The notes beneath the pieces are model-generated. The model searched no databases and was not told where the DNA came from. It saw only the letters and a program-made list of their open reading frames with translations. Positions 1 to 9,511 of a DNA stretch of 64,000 bases are shown here, piece after piece (position 1 is the first letter of the stretch; each line of letters begins with the position of its first letter). The position numbers were made by a program, and so were the translations under genes. Source of the stretch: Escherichia coli (GTDB lineage: Bacteria > Pseudomonadota > Gammaproteobacteria > Enterobacterales > Enterobacteriaceae); NCBI GenBank assembly GCA_005400705.1, contig GCA_005400705.1_4079.1; one strand, 5' to 3'.

Positions 1-283
1 ATACAAAAGAACTTATTCCTGATATTGAGAAAAAATATTATCTTAGTATCACATTTGATGAACAAGGAAAACTAAATGCGTATTCCATAAATTCATCAGC
101 ACACGTTCCATTACATTCAACGTCAATTGGTGATAAACAATTACTAATCGATTCATCAACATGGCACAATAGGGAAAGTTTCTCCGCTGAAACTTTTCAG
201 TACTCGGTATCTGAACCAAAGTCTCCATTTGATTTTGTGTTTGTTAATAACATCCTTTTACGTTTTGGTGTAGGAGTCTAATT

Positions 284-637
284 ATGCTAATTTATTTGAG
301 TGTTCTTGTTATTTCATTACTGGTATCATTAGCAGTACTGAAAGCTGTTGCCATCGGTCGTAGTAAAATTGACAGTACTGAAACGAGTTCCGTTCTAGAT
401 TTGATTATGGATCATCCTAAAGTCTGTGGTATTATTGTATTGTTTGTTATTCTGATTAATACGTATATTGTCAGGGATCATTTATATAATATGTATGATT
501 GTAGTGTTAGATCTATATCACAAGGTGTTGAAACTGACTATAGCTGGTACTATGAGAAATGTAGATTTAAAAATCAGCATGGTATTTGGGTTGATTTTGA
601 CAAACTACGTGGAACTCCTTCAGGAGAAGAAGAATAA
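284..637 (+). CDS. small membrane protein (hypothetical)
   Basis: ORF with SD GGAG upstream; hydrophobic N-terminal segment MLIYLSVLVISLLVSLAVL. Confidence 0.5.
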   Translation: MLIYLSVLVISLLVSLAVLKAVAIGRSKIDSTETSSVLDLIMDHPKVCGIIVLFVILINTYIVRDHLYNMYDCSVRSISQGVETDYSWYYEKCRFKNQHGIWVDFDKLRGTPSGEEE

Positions 638-639
638 TT

Positions 640-1131
640 ATGTTTGAGTTCCCAGAAGAGTCATTTGACTTTATTGACCCTACTGATGATGGATACCGAC
701 ACATTAACATTTATAGTAAAGCTAGAACTAAGTTAGGTAGAGATCTATCTAACTTTTCTTCGCATAGCTTCACACTTGAACCATATGGTTGGTTCCCTTC
801 AGTTGAAACATTTTACTTTTGGTTTTTAACTGGGCAAAAACATGATGACCTTAGAAAAGTATCTGGTGCAGCAGCAAAAGCAGCCGCTAACAAATATATG
901 CATGATCGAATTGAAATGACGGATGATTGTATTTCTATTATTCAAGATGCTATTTGTGCTAAGATAATTCAAAATCCAGAGTTAGCCGAAAGATTAAGAA
1001 AAAGCAAGTTACCTTTTTACCATTACTATGTATATGGTGGTAAAGTTGTAGATGTATCCGACGAACATGATTGGTTTGTTAAAACATTCGAATATATAAG
1101 AACGGTGTTAAAGGAAAACTATAATGGGTAA
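640..1131 (+). CDS. NADAR/YbiA-like (DUF1768) protein, putative ADP-ribose-processing hydrolase
   Basis: Segment FSNFSSHSFTLEPYGWFPSVETFYFW resembles the YbiA/NADAR core (FSNF...W..SEHYFQ); ATGA overlap with upstream ORF. Confidence 0.5.
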   Translation: MFEFPEESFDFIDPTDDGYRHINIYSKARTKLGRDLSNFSSHSFTLEPYGWFPSVETFYFWFLTGQKHDDLRKVSGAAAKAAANKYMHDRIEMTDDCISIIQDAICAKIIQNPELAERLRKSKLPFYHYYVYGGKVVDVSDEHDWFVKTFEYIRTVLKENYNG

Positions 1132-1402
1132 ATGTTGGGTATGCTTCAAGGTGTTTGATGAAGAATATGAAATAATATTAGATGTATTGCCACAGCAGTA
1201 CATGGTGTGTAATGAAAAATACAAATTGGACACCTACCCGACCCCCAAGTACATGGGAATATGTCCTTTGTGTGATGCAAATGGCGTGTCCAATAGTGAG
1301 ATTTCATTCACTAACCAAGCCACAACTAACTGTGTATCTGGGTATATAAGAGAGAATCGAGAATATTTTATTAGGAGATTATATGAACGACAAAATCTTT
1401 GA
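1124..1402 (+). CDS. hypothetical Cys-rich small protein
   Basis: ORF overlapping upstream stop; CxxC...CxxC pattern suggests a zinc ribbon. Confidence 0.4.
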   Translation: MGKCWVCFKVFDEEYEIILDVLPQQYMVCNEKYKLDTYPTPKYMGICPLCDANGVSNSEISFTNQATTNCVSGYIRENREYFIRRLYERQNL

Positions 1403-1613
1403 TACATATGACATCGATACTTTACTAACACCATCTGATAACAGTACTGTTAAAATGGACATGTACTGGATTGTCGTTGATAAAAAAGTATTTAGACATA
1501 AAATTACTAAAGTTTGGCAATGTAATAAAAACAAATCTATTGTTGAAGGATTGGCACAATGCATTCCTAATGCAGAGGTTTTATTTTTACCATATGCATA
1601 TACAAAGGAATAA
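1383..1613 (+). CDS. hypothetical protein
   Basis: ORF with SD GGAG; translationally coupled to neighbours. Confidence 0.4.
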   Translation: MNDKIFDTYDIDTLLTPSDNSTVKMDMYWIVVDKKVFRHKITKVWQCNKNKSIVEGLAQCIPNAEVLFLPYAYTKE

Positions 1614-1614
1614 A

Positions 1615-1776
1615 ATGAAAAAAACTTGGAAAATATTCACAATACCTGCTATAATGTTGTTATTGGCACTTTTCACACCGCAGAGTCATGTATTGTCTCT
1701 TAACATTGTGGAAATAATTCTTCTTGTAATTCACTGTGTCGTGTGTTATAATTATGTAAAAGGTGATAAAGAATGA
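1615..1776 (+). CDS. small membrane protein (hypothetical)
   Basis: Internal ATG of track ORF 1471-1776 preceded by AAGGA; hydrophobic MKKTWKIFTIPAIMLLLALF. Confidence 0.45.
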   Translation: MKKTWKIFTIPAIMLLLALFTPQSHVLSLNIVEIILLVIHCVVCYNYVKGDKE

Positions 1777-2195
1777 AGTTCTTTAAAATTCGAATTGGTG
1801 TAAGTTCTGGTTTATCTCATTGGGTATTTTATGATTTACCTGATAGTTATACTATTGATGATGTAATTGATTTATATACCGAAGATCAACAATGGGTGTT
1901 AGATACCGAAACACATAGAATTGATTGTCAAGAGATTAGTGAAGAAGATTACAAGCACGGAAAGCAAGCCATGAAGTATTTTGAAACAAATATCAAAATG
2001 CTGTCTGAAAACGTATTTCCTGTAAAAGAATGGGCAATTTTACTTGCTAATCCTAAAAAACCTGTTAGAATTGGTTATCCAAATTTTCATATGGTGTATC
2101 GTATGAATGATAAGCGAGAGCTTAACTATCAATACGATTACGATTCATCTAAGTTTGGAGTTCTTAAACAATTTTTAAAGGCTTATCCAGTATGA
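1773..2195 (+). CDS. hypothetical protein
   Basis: ORF, SD AAAGGTGA, ATGA overlap with upstream gene. Confidence 0.5.
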   Translation: MKFFKIRIGVSSGLSHWVFYDLPDSYTIDDVIDLYTEDQQWVLDTETHRIDCQEISEEDYKHGKQAMKYFETNIKMLSENVFPVKEWAILLANPKKPVRIGYPNFHMVYRMNDKRELNYQYDYDSSKFGVLKQFLKAYPV

Positions 2196-2527
2196 GTGAA
2201 GATAGTAAAGAGTATATTTTACGTTGTTCTTGTGGTGATAAAATGGAGCATTGCGTTCACATTGCACAATTTGACTTGACAGAGGAATATGGAGATGATA
2301 AACTTGGTCAATGTCTGATAAGTATGCGTTTAAATCCTTTTTTAAAATGGTATAACCGTGTATGGGTTGCAGTAAAGTATGTTTTTGGTGTAAACGACTA
2401 TCAATATGTAGAAGCAACAATTGATGTTGACATTCTAAAAGAAGTTGTGTTACAATTAGAAGATACTAGAACTGATGAGGTTAAAAAAGAACAAAGAGAA
2501 AAACGTACTGATGTGAAGGTTTTATGA
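2192..2527 (+). CDS. hypothetical protein
   Basis: ORF overlapping neighbours by 4 nt. Confidence 0.45.
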   Translation: MSEDSKEYILRCSCGDKMEHCVHIAQFDLTEEYGDDKLGQCLISMRLNPFLKWYNRVWVAVKYVFGVNDYQYVEATIDVDILKEVVLQLEDTRTDEVKKEQREKRTDVKVL

Positions 2528-2718
2528 GTACTGAACTTTATGAAAAAAAGTACTGTACAAATTGCTCAACTGAGTATACAATACAAGGTATGTTGATTTG
2601 TACAATATGTCAGTCAAAGAAATCAGCAACTTTCATCGTTGATGATAGATTTGGTGATTTGAAACAGTTTAAAGCAAACCGCAATCTTCGTATTTTTAGC
2701 AATCTAAATAAGGAATAA
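2524..2718 (+). CDS. hypothetical zinc-ribbon protein
   Basis: CTNC...CTIC pairs of cysteines in a 64 aa ORF. Confidence 0.45.
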   Translation: MSTELYEKKYCTNCSTEYTIQGMLICTICQSKKSATFIVDDRFGDLKQFKANRNLRIFSNLNKE

Positions 2719-2721
2719 TAT

Positions 2722-3150
2722 ATGAATATCGAACAAACTATCCGTGAACATTCTTTCTTCGCTCCAGAAACTGGTCGTGTTATTGAGAGCGTCAAAATCG
2801 AAGAACTAATGGTCAATGTTAAATACAAAGAACCAAATGATGAGATTAGCAGTACTTTTTGTGCTCTACGTGCACCATTCCGTAATGAAAAAGCTAAGAA
2901 ACCAGCATATGTTCTTGCCATTGCACTGGGTTGTGTTGTAAAACTTGCAGTTGATGAAAATCTTCTGAATATTAAAGTTGCACCAAGCAATGACGATGAA
3001 AACATTGATTTGAACTTTGATGGTTCTCTTGATGAAGATGTATTTTTCCAACAGTCACTTGTTTACGACTTCCGTACAGTGACACATTCTCACATCAAGT
3101 TCATTAATGAAATGGTTGAGATTGTTGCTGAATACGAAGAATCTCTCTAA
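2722..3150 (+). CDS. hypothetical protein, EExFFQxS-motif paralog family
   Basis: SD AAGGA; C-terminal region LDEDVFFQQSLVYDF. Confidence 0.6.
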   Translation: MNIEQTIREHSFFAPETGRVIESVKIEELMVNVKYKEPNDEISSTFCALRAPFRNEKAKKPAYVLAIALGCVVKLAVDENLLNIKVAPSNDDENIDLNFDGSLDEDVFFQQSLVYDFRTVTHSHIKFINEMVEIVAEYEESL

Positions 3151-3162
3151 GTAAATACAAAA

Positions 3163-3184
3163 GCCTCCATCATGGAGGCTTTTA
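3163..3184 (+). terminator. intrinsic terminator
   Basis: GCCTCCAT-CAT-GGAGGC hairpin followed by TTTTAT. Confidence 0.6.
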
Positions 3185-3203
3185 TCACATAAGGAAATGA
3201 AAT

Positions 3204-3755
3204 ATGATAGACCAAATTAAAATCCTTACAAAGCAAATCACTGATTTTCTTTCTGATAAAGATGGATTTAATACAGAAGTAAAAATGCACGGTGTTAGTG
3301 TTGATGTAATTGCACCAAATGGTAATGTAACAAGTTACGACATGTATGAATTACTTCTTTATACTCTAGCAGTACGTAAACTAGGTAGTGATATTGAACT
3401 CAACATCAATACTGATGAAAGTGGAAATAAAATTTTTGCAATCAACACCAGTGCTAAATTCGATATCAGTACTGAAATTAAAAAAATAAATGAAAGTTTT
3501 ATTGGCTTTAAGCATGAATCAATTCAAAGTGTTTTTATTGGAAAGCAAACTTCTAATAGTGAATGCCCATATTGTGTAATGACTTTATATAAAGATGGAA
3601 ACTGGATGCGTCAAGATTTAGTATTTGCTGAACTTCTGTATGCATTTACACATGAACTTAAAATCGAATTGGACGATAGTGTTTATTGCTTTAAGAAAAT
3701 TCGCAATATAACTAAAGATATACAAACCCAACTTAAAGAATTAAATGATAAATAA
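3204..3755 (+). CDS. hypothetical protein
   Basis: 183 aa ORF with SD AAGGAAA. Confidence 0.55.
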   Translation: MIDQIKILTKQITDFLSDKDGFNTEVKMHGVSVDVIAPNGNVTSYDMYELLLYTLAVRKLGSDIELNINTDESGNKIFAINTSAKFDISTEIKKINESFIGFKHESIQSVFIGKQTSNSECPYCVMTLYKDGNWMRQDLVFAELLYAFTHELKIELDDSVYCFKKIRNITKDIQTQLKELNDK

Positions 3756-3871
3756 ATATACCAGAAATGGTTAACATATCATGTTACTTTCCTCCCTTAC
3801 ATAATAATGATGCGTTATTATATTTTCATTTTGTTCTTATTCCCCTTTTGGTACAAAATCATTTTAGTACT

Positions 3872-3895
3872 GCCCCGTTCTTCGGGGCATTTTTA
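3872..3895 (+). terminator. intrinsic terminator
   Basis: GCCCCG-TTCT-TCGGGGC hairpin followed by ATTTTTATT; lies inside the 5' part of track ORF 3767-4312, so that ORF start is probably too far upstream. Confidence 0.55.
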
Positions 3896-3916
3896 TTATC
3901 TAAAATTCGAGTATAT

Positions 3917-4312
3917 ATGAAAAATAATATTGGAACTTCAATAATTAAACCACTTTCTTATTACCTTGAAAAATTTAGAAGCACAAATGGTAATAAATTT
4001 AATAATATATTTCAGTTCTCTCATAAAGAATATATTACAATTGATCATTTTTCAAAGAAACTAATGTATGTAAATGATAATATTAATATTATTAAATTAT
4101 CATTCGATATTGAGTTAGATAAATTAACATTTACTGAATACATTAATAAAAAAACTTCTTTTTTATGTCAATACAATAGGAAAGTATATAGTAATATTTC
4201 TATGTATCTAAATGATGAATATCACTTTCAACAATCTACAATAGAAGAAGTATTATTCAGTACTGAAGAATTAAAAGAACTATATTACTGGTATAATTAT
4301 TTTACATCTTGA
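3917..4312 (+). CDS. hypothetical protein, EExFFQxS-motif paralog family
   Basis: In-frame ATG downstream of the terminator; motif NDEYHFQQSTIEEV; no obvious SD. Confidence 0.5.
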   Translation: MKNNIGTSIIKPLSYYLEKFRSTNGNKFNNIFQFSHKEYITIDHFSKKLMYVNDNINIIKLSFDIELDKLTFTEYINKKTSFLCQYNRKVYSNISMYLNDEYHFQQSTIEEVLFSTEELKELYYWYNYFTS

Positions 4313-4367
4313 CATTATTGTGGGTTTATCCTACAATACATGATGATGCTGCATTGAGGATAAATTT

Positions 4368-4778
4368 ATGAGTTTAGATTTACACAATGAAATAAAATAT
4401 TTTTTAGATTTGAACATATCAGAATTGAACCACCACGTCAATCATATGACTAGTACTGTATGGTGGTCTAATGAACAAGACGACCCAATTATCCAACTAA
4501 GTGATGAATCGTCAATTATGCGATTTTATAAGATTAATTATAAAAAGAACATCAAGATCACATATGTACCATACAAAAACATACTACTAGTCGAAACACT
4601 TAATCCAAGTTCTTTATTAAAAATCACCGATTTAGATACATTACAAACAAGTGAATCTTTATTCCAACGTTCATTAGTTGATGATCTTGGTGGTATTACT
4701 TTTGAAGATATATTACAATTCAAGAAGATGTATAGTGAATTGTTAGAGATTAAAAACACTTTAGTAATGAGGAATTGA
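4368..4778 (+). CDS. hypothetical protein, EExFFQxS-motif paralog family
   Basis: SD GAGGA; motif SESLFQRSLVDDLGGITFEDI. Confidence 0.6.
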   Translation: MSLDLHNEIKYFLDLNISELNHHVNHMTSTVWWSNEQDDPIIQLSDESSIMRFYKINYKKNIKITYVPYKNILLVETLNPSSLLKITDLDTLQTSESLFQRSLVDDLGGITFEDILQFKKMYSELLEIKNTLVMRN

Positions 4779-4779
4779 T

Positions 4780-5184
4780 ATGGTAAGTTTACTAGATATT
4801 GACAATACCAGTTTAGTGCTGGTGAAAAAAGGTTTAATTCCCAATTCTACAAAAATTGATTATGCTGTTATTGAAACAAATATGGGAAATATCTGGTATG
4901 ATTCAGAAAGTGATATTGTGATTAGCTGTGTAGACAGTGATCGTTCTGAATGTTGTAGAGTCGGGCATGACGGACAATTTGTTTTTGAATTTCGTTATTG
5001 GAAGGACTCAAAATTTCACCAAGAACTGGTTGCATTGTCAAATGAACTGTATACAGAAGAAACTTTCTTCATGGAAAGTACTATTAATAATGTTGGTTCA
5101 GTAACATATGAGCACTATAAAAAAGTATATGCACTATTCAGAGAAGTTATGAAAATTATCAGAACTGCTGAAGGTAACGAATAA
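4780..5184 (+). CDS. hypothetical protein, EExFFQxS-motif paralog family
   Basis: SD GAGGAA; motif TEETFFMESTINNVGSVT. Confidence 0.6.
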   Translation: MVSLLDIDNTSLVLVKKGLIPNSTKIDYAVIETNMGNIWYDSESDIVISCVDSDRSECCRVGHDGQFVFEFRYWKDSKFHQELVALSNELYTEETFFMESTINNVGSVTYEHYKKVYALFREVMKIIRTAEGNE

Positions 5185-5185
5185 C

Positions 5186-5563
5186 ATGACTACTATATAT
5201 GATATTTTGGGTGTTCTGAGTAAAAATATAGATGATGATTTTGTTATTGTTCAAGATACTAGAAATACATTTCAACTACCATTAGGTTCACCAGATAGGT
5301 TAATTTTTAATAGATACTCAAATGAACTAACTTACATCCATGATGGGATTGCAATTGTATCAGTTTCTATAAACGACTATACAATACGATATGTATATGA
5401 CTTCAACAATTATTGTACAAGAATCCACAGTATTGATATTTCCGAAGAGGAACTATTCCAATTGTCAGTGATTGAGAAAAATGTAATAGGAATTACAGAA
5501 ATTAATATTGTTAAAAAAGCATTAAACTATACGAATATAAGAATTAATGGTGGGTGCAGATGA
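5186..5563 (+). CDS. hypothetical protein, EExFFQxS-motif paralog family
   Basis: Motif SEEELFQLSVIEKNVIGITEI. Confidence 0.55.
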   Translation: MTTIYDILGVLSKNIDDDFVIVQDTRNTFQLPLGSPDRLIFNRYSNELTYIHDGIAIVSVSINDYTIRYVYDFNNYCTRIHSIDISEEELFQLSVIEKNVIGITEINIVKKALNYTNIRINGGCR

Positions 5564-6015
5564 ATGTTGACGAAATAAAAAATCATTTTGAAATTGCAAT
5601 GTCATGTGAATTTGACACACAACGTGTTCATGACCCGAAAGAACATATACGCATTTGTTGTGAATTGTCAGATGATTGTAATATTTTTATTGGAAAAACC
5701 TATGACATGATCGATCTTTCATGTATAGATCCATTGGAAAGAAAAACAAAATATTTATATCTGTACAACACAACATCAGATACGATTGCAATACAACTAA
5801 TATCAACCACAACATCCCAAAGTTATTATAACATAACTGAGGTTAGTAGTTTATCGTTAACCGAAGAAGGATTCTTTCAACAATCGCTTATTCGTGAAAT
5901 TGGTGTTAGTTATGATGAGTTAAATGTATTAGTAGATTGTTTCGAAAAATTGAGTACTTTTGTATTATCCCTTTTTAATATACAGTCGCAAAATCCAATG
6001 GTGGTGAAATGCTAA
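5554..6015 (+). CDS. hypothetical protein, EExFFQxS-motif paralog family
   Basis: Motif TEEGFFQQSLIREIGVSYDEL. Confidence 0.6.
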   Translation: MQMNVDEIKNHFEIAMSCEFDTQRVHDPKEHIRICCELSDDCNIFIGKTYDMIDLSCIDPLERKTKYLYLYNTTSDTIAIQLISTTTSQSYYNITEVSSLSLTEEGFFQQSLIREIGVSYDELNVLVDCFEKLSTFVLSLFNIQSQNPMVVKC

Positions 6016-6449
6016 ATCCAAGTAAATTTCTCCACTTACTTTCGATAACATCAATACCGGATCTTACCAGTGAAACTAATGAATATCGTGAAGCTGGGGT
6101 GGTGTCTATGGAACTCGATACATTTGACCACAAATGCTATGTGACATATGACCCACCGCGTTATGGTAAAGAACATTCTTCTTTTATTTTTGTATTCGTA
6201 TACACTGTATATGATAATACAACACTTGATGATGTTTGTATTGACACTTACGAAATTTGTGATAATATCATAACTGATGACAACAATAACTCATTTGATA
6301 TGTCACTATATAACACAGAAGAATCGTTGTTTCAACTTAGTACTGTTATTGATGCACCATCATTAGAAGATATAAAACAATTTCAAGAACATCTTGACGC
6401 AGTTCGTGAGATGTTCTATAATCATTATCCAGAAGTAGAGTTCAATTAA
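6009..6449 (+). CDS. hypothetical protein, EExFFQxS-motif paralog family
   Basis: Motif TEESLFQLSTVIDAPSLEDI. Confidence 0.6.
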   Translation: MLNPSKFLHLLSITSIPDLTSETNEYREAGVVSMELDTFDHKCYVTYDPPRYGKEHSSFIFVFVYTVYDNTTLDDVCIDTYEICDNIITDDNNNSFDMSLYNTEESLFQLSTVIDAPSLEDIKQFQEHLDAVREMFYNHYPEVEFN

Positions 6450-6463
6450 CTAAAGGTAATAAG

Positions 6464-6724
6464 ATGACTAAAGTAGTTCGTAAACGCCACATGATGAACA
6501 TGGATGAATTTCGTACATTTGACAAATATCGTACTATGTTTCGTATGCTTTCACAGGGCCGTCCAATCGTCATTGTAACAGAGAATTACATGTCACCTGA
6601 GATTATGTTTGGTAATTATGAAAAGGTCTTCATGTTGTACGTGAAGCGTGGATTACTTACAATCAAGACATTAGCTGAAGCAACTGATGAAGATATGGAT
6701 GGTGATAATACCTTTACCATGTGA
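6464..6724 (+). CDS. hypothetical protein
   Basis: 86 aa ORF with SD AAGGTAA. Confidence 0.5.
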   Translation: MTKVVRKRHMMNMDEFRTFDKYRTMFRMLSQGRPIVIVTENYMSPEIMFGNYEKVFMLYVKRGLLTIKTLAEATDEDMDGDNTFTM

Positions 6725-6802
6725 GGAAATATATGTCTGAAAAGCCAAAAGAACCATTAGATCGTGATGATGATTTTTATGACGAACGATATGGAGATGA
6801 TG

Positions 6803-7054
6803 ATGAGTGAACATAGTGCTGTGCTTAAAAAGATTTTAAAGGAACTTGATGGTGAGTTTAATGTCACAGAAGAAGAATATCAGCATTGGAAGAAAGGTTT
6901 TGAACAACTAACCGAGTATGATAAAGTGTTCAATATGATTGGTGTAATTAGCCAGTACTTACTTGGTGGAGGACGTGCAAGTGCTTCAATTCTGGCATCT
7001 GCAATCATCTGTACATCACGATGGTGTGATGAAAAAAGTTTGGAAGATTTCTAA
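6803..7054 (+). CDS. hypothetical protein
   Basis: Track ORF 6764-7054; the ATG at 6803 follows GGAG at a good spacing, exact start uncertain. Confidence 0.4.
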   Translation: MSEHSAVLKKILKELDGEFNVTEEEYQHWKKGFEQLTEYDKVFNMIGVISQYLLGGGRASASILASAIICTSRWCDEKSLEDF

Positions 7055-7069
7055 ATAAGATGCTATAAT
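7040..7069 (+). promoter_or_regulatory. sigma70-like promoter upstream of methyltransferase gene
   Basis: TTGGAA - 18 nt - TATAAT. Confidence 0.4.
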
Positions 7070-7106
7070 ATATCAGAGTACCTTAACAATATAAAAAGGA
7101 TTTTAT

Positions 7107-8987
7107 ATGAAACCTATCCGAGTACTATCTCTTTTTAATGGAATGAGTGTAGGATACATGGCATTAAAAGATGCTGGTATCCCTGTTGAAAAATATTATT
7201 CATCCGAAATTGACAAATTTGCTATAGCTGAATCCCAAGCTAACTTCCCCGATATAATCCAATTGGGTGATGTAACTAGATGGAGAGAATGGGATATTGA
7301 ATGGGATAAGATAGATCTACTGATGGGTGGTTTTCCATGCTTCCCAGCAGGAACTATGATAATGACAAATAAAGGTCATAAAGATATAAAAGATATAAAA
7401 ATTGGTGATATGGTTCTTACACACACTGGACAGTACCAAAAAGTATTGAGTACTGGTGTTAAAAAGGCTCCCACTCGTATTATTACAGGTCAAGGTCACC
7501 TTCCAATTGAGTGTACCGATAATCATCCATTTTGGAGTAGGGAACGTCTAGCCAATAAATGGAATAATCAACGCCGAAGATATGATTCTGTGTTTTCTGA
7601 ACCGCAATGGGTAAATGCTATAGATCTTACTAAACAAAGTTATATTTGTAATGTTAAAAATATTACACATAATACAGTAAGTGATAAAGATGAAAAATAT
7701 TGGTATTTTGTTGGTCGTTTTATGGGTGATGGATGTGCTAGTGTATCTAATAACAAATACAGTATTACTATTGTAGATTCATTAGATAAAGTTGATGAAT
7801 TGAAAAAATGTTTTGATGATTTTGGATACAAATACACATTAGCTATTAAAGATAATCATGTAAGATGTGATATATATAGCAAAAAGCTTTATGATGAATT
7901 AATATGTATTGGGCATAAATCACAAAACAAATGTTTACCACCTGAAATATTCAATGAAACTATCAATAACAAAGAAGCATTTATTAAAGGATACATGGAT
8001 GCAGATGGTTGTGAGGATAAACACAATAAAAAATACAAATTTACCACCACAAGTTATAAAATAGTTCTTGGTATGCAACAGTTAATCTTAGATACTTATC
8101 AACGTCATTGTACTATTAGTCAAACTGTTCCAAAAACAAAAAAATATATAAAAAATAAGTTGGTTAATCAGCTTCCGTATTGGAATGTTCATTTTAGCTA
8201 TAATAAAATTAAAAGAGATGATGTAATATATGATGAAATTTATATATGGAATCGTGGTGTAAAAAGTAATGTACCAACCGGAGAATGGAAAACCGTTTAC
8301 AATATTGAAGTTGCAGTAGATAACACATATACGGCGAACAATATTGTAGTTCATAACTGCCAAGCGTGGTCAGTTGCAGGTAAACAGGGTGGAATAAATG
8401 ATCCTCGTGGTATGTTATTCCATACAATGGTTGATATTTACCAGCACATAAAAAGTCTCAATCCAGACTTGAAAGTACTGTTCGAGAATGTTAAAATGAA
8501 AGAAGATTTCAAGCAATACATTAATAGTGTTCTTGAGATGACACCAGTACTGATAAATTCCCAGCATTATACGCCTCACTTCAGGCAGAGATATTACTGG
8601 TACAGTACTGATAAACTTTTTATACCACCTGCATTATCAAATGCACCTAAACTTCAAGATATTATTGAAGATGGTTGGTACACTGACAGAACCGCTTCGT
8701 ACTGTATAGATGCTAACTATTTTAAGGGTGGTGATTGTAACCAGTACTTTAATAAATCAAGAAGACAAATTGTTTTCAAAGAACCTGATATCGATAGGGA
8801 TTTCCTTATTGAACATGGTAAGCGAAATGTGGACTATCGTCATTTAACAGTACAAGAGTGTTGCATGTTGCAAGGAATTGATGTAAACTACTTCAAAGTT
8901 AGTAGTTCAACACAAGCATACAAAATGCTTGGGAATGGATGGACTATGCCAGTTATATCACACTTACTACGAGATATATTCTTTTGA
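7107..8987 (+). CDS. DNA (cytosine-5)-methyltransferase, intein-containing precursor
   Basis: C5-MTase motif I FNGMSVG, split motif IV GGFP / CQAWSVAG, motif VI ENV (VLFENVKM); a 340 aa insertion lies between them. Confidence 0.8.
   Translation: MKPIRVLSLFNGMSVGYMALKDAGIPVEKYYSSEIDKFAIAESQANFPDIIQLGDVTRWREWDIEWDKIDLLMGGFPCFPAGTMIMTNKGHKDIKDIKIGDMVLTHTGQYQKVLSTGVKKAPTRIITGQGHLPIECTDNHPFWSRERLANKWNNQRRRYDSVFSEPQWVNAIDLTKQSYICNVKNITHNTVSDKDEKYWYFVGRFMGDGCASVSNNKYSITIVDSLDKVDELKKCFDDFGYKYTLAIKDNHVRCDIYSKKLYDELICIGHKSQNKCLPPEIFNETINNKEAFIKGYMDADGCEDKHNKKYKFTTTSYKIVLGMQQLILDTYQRHCTISQTVPKTKKYIKNKLVNQLPYWNVHFSYNKIKRDDVIYDEIYIWNRGVKSNVPTGEWKTVYNIEVAVDNTYTANNIVVHNCQAWSVAGKQGGINDPRGMLFHTMVDIYQHIKSLNPDLKVLFENVKMKEDFKQYINSVLEMTPVLINSQHYTPHFRQRYYWYSTDKLFIPPALSNAPKLQDIIEDGWYTDRTASYCIDANYFKGGDCNQYFNKSRRQIVFKEPDIDRDFLIEHGKRNVDYRHLTVQECCMLQGIDVNYFKVSSSTQAYKMLGNGWTMPVISHLLRDIFF
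7338..8357 (+). other. intein with LAGLIDADG homing-endonuclease domain, inside the methyltransferase gene
   Basis: Begins with Cys (CFPAGT...), ends ...VVHN followed by Cys; two LAGLIDADG-type motifs (YFVGRFMGDGCAS, FIKGYMDADGCED); the +1 residue is the PCQ catalytic Cys. Confidence 0.75.
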
Positions 8988-9469
8988 ACATAAACAAACA
9001 CCAAACTTATATAAAACGTGCAGAAAGTTTCAAACGTCTGGCTGTAAAATCTGAATTAGAATTTAATTTGTATTATCCTAATATTGGTGATGAGGTATTT
9101 TATTGCTCTCATTCAAAGAATGGAACTTTACTTAAATCGGGTAAAGGAACTATTGTTGATATGACCGCAAATTTCAGAGGTAAACTTAATGTAATGTACA
9201 AAGTACAAGATTCAAGTACTGAGTGTATTCATGAAGTGATGCATAACATACCTGCATATCCAAAAGATTTTGTTCAGCTAATATCTCGAAGGGAGAAACC
9301 TATGTTTTATTGTGGTTATGACAAATTAACCAAACAAATTATTCCTAATACTATGGGAAAATTTAAAAGTGATGTGAAATCTGAACTTGAAAAGAAATTT
9401 GGCACGTCATGGGAAACTGAAAACGAGTTTATCGAAATTCGTTTAATTGAAATTACTATACTTGAATAA
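8939..9469 (+). CDS. hypothetical protein (start uncertain)
   Basis: Track ORF overlaps the 3' end of the methyltransferase gene; true start likely further downstream. Confidence 0.35.
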   Translation: MDYASYITLTTRYILLNINKHQTYIKRAESFKRLAVKSELEFNLYYPNIGDEVFYCSHSKNGTLLKSGKGTIVDMTANFRGKLNVMYKVQDSSTECIHEVMHNIPAYPKDFVQLISRREKPMFYCGYDKLTKQIIPNTMGKFKSDVKSELEKKFGTSWETENEFIEIRLIEITILE

Positions 9470-9474
9470 TTACA

Positions 9475-9499
9475 AATCCACGCATTGCGTGGATTTTTC
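9475..9499 (+). terminator. intrinsic terminator
   Basis: ATCCACGCA / TGCGTGGAT hairpin followed by TTTTTCAT. Confidence 0.55.
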
Positions 9500-9511
9500 A
9501 TAGGTGCATAT

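Noticed and set aside
2610-3005. Minus-strand ORFs lying inside plus-strand genes (for example 2610-3005, 7317-7526, 8088-8427, 16439-16654, 30232-30531, 47888-48977, 49415-49933, 55372-55557)
   Set aside because: They are antisense to ORFs with better SD sites and family membership, have no ribosome-binding sites of their own, and are expected by chance in AT-rich DNA.
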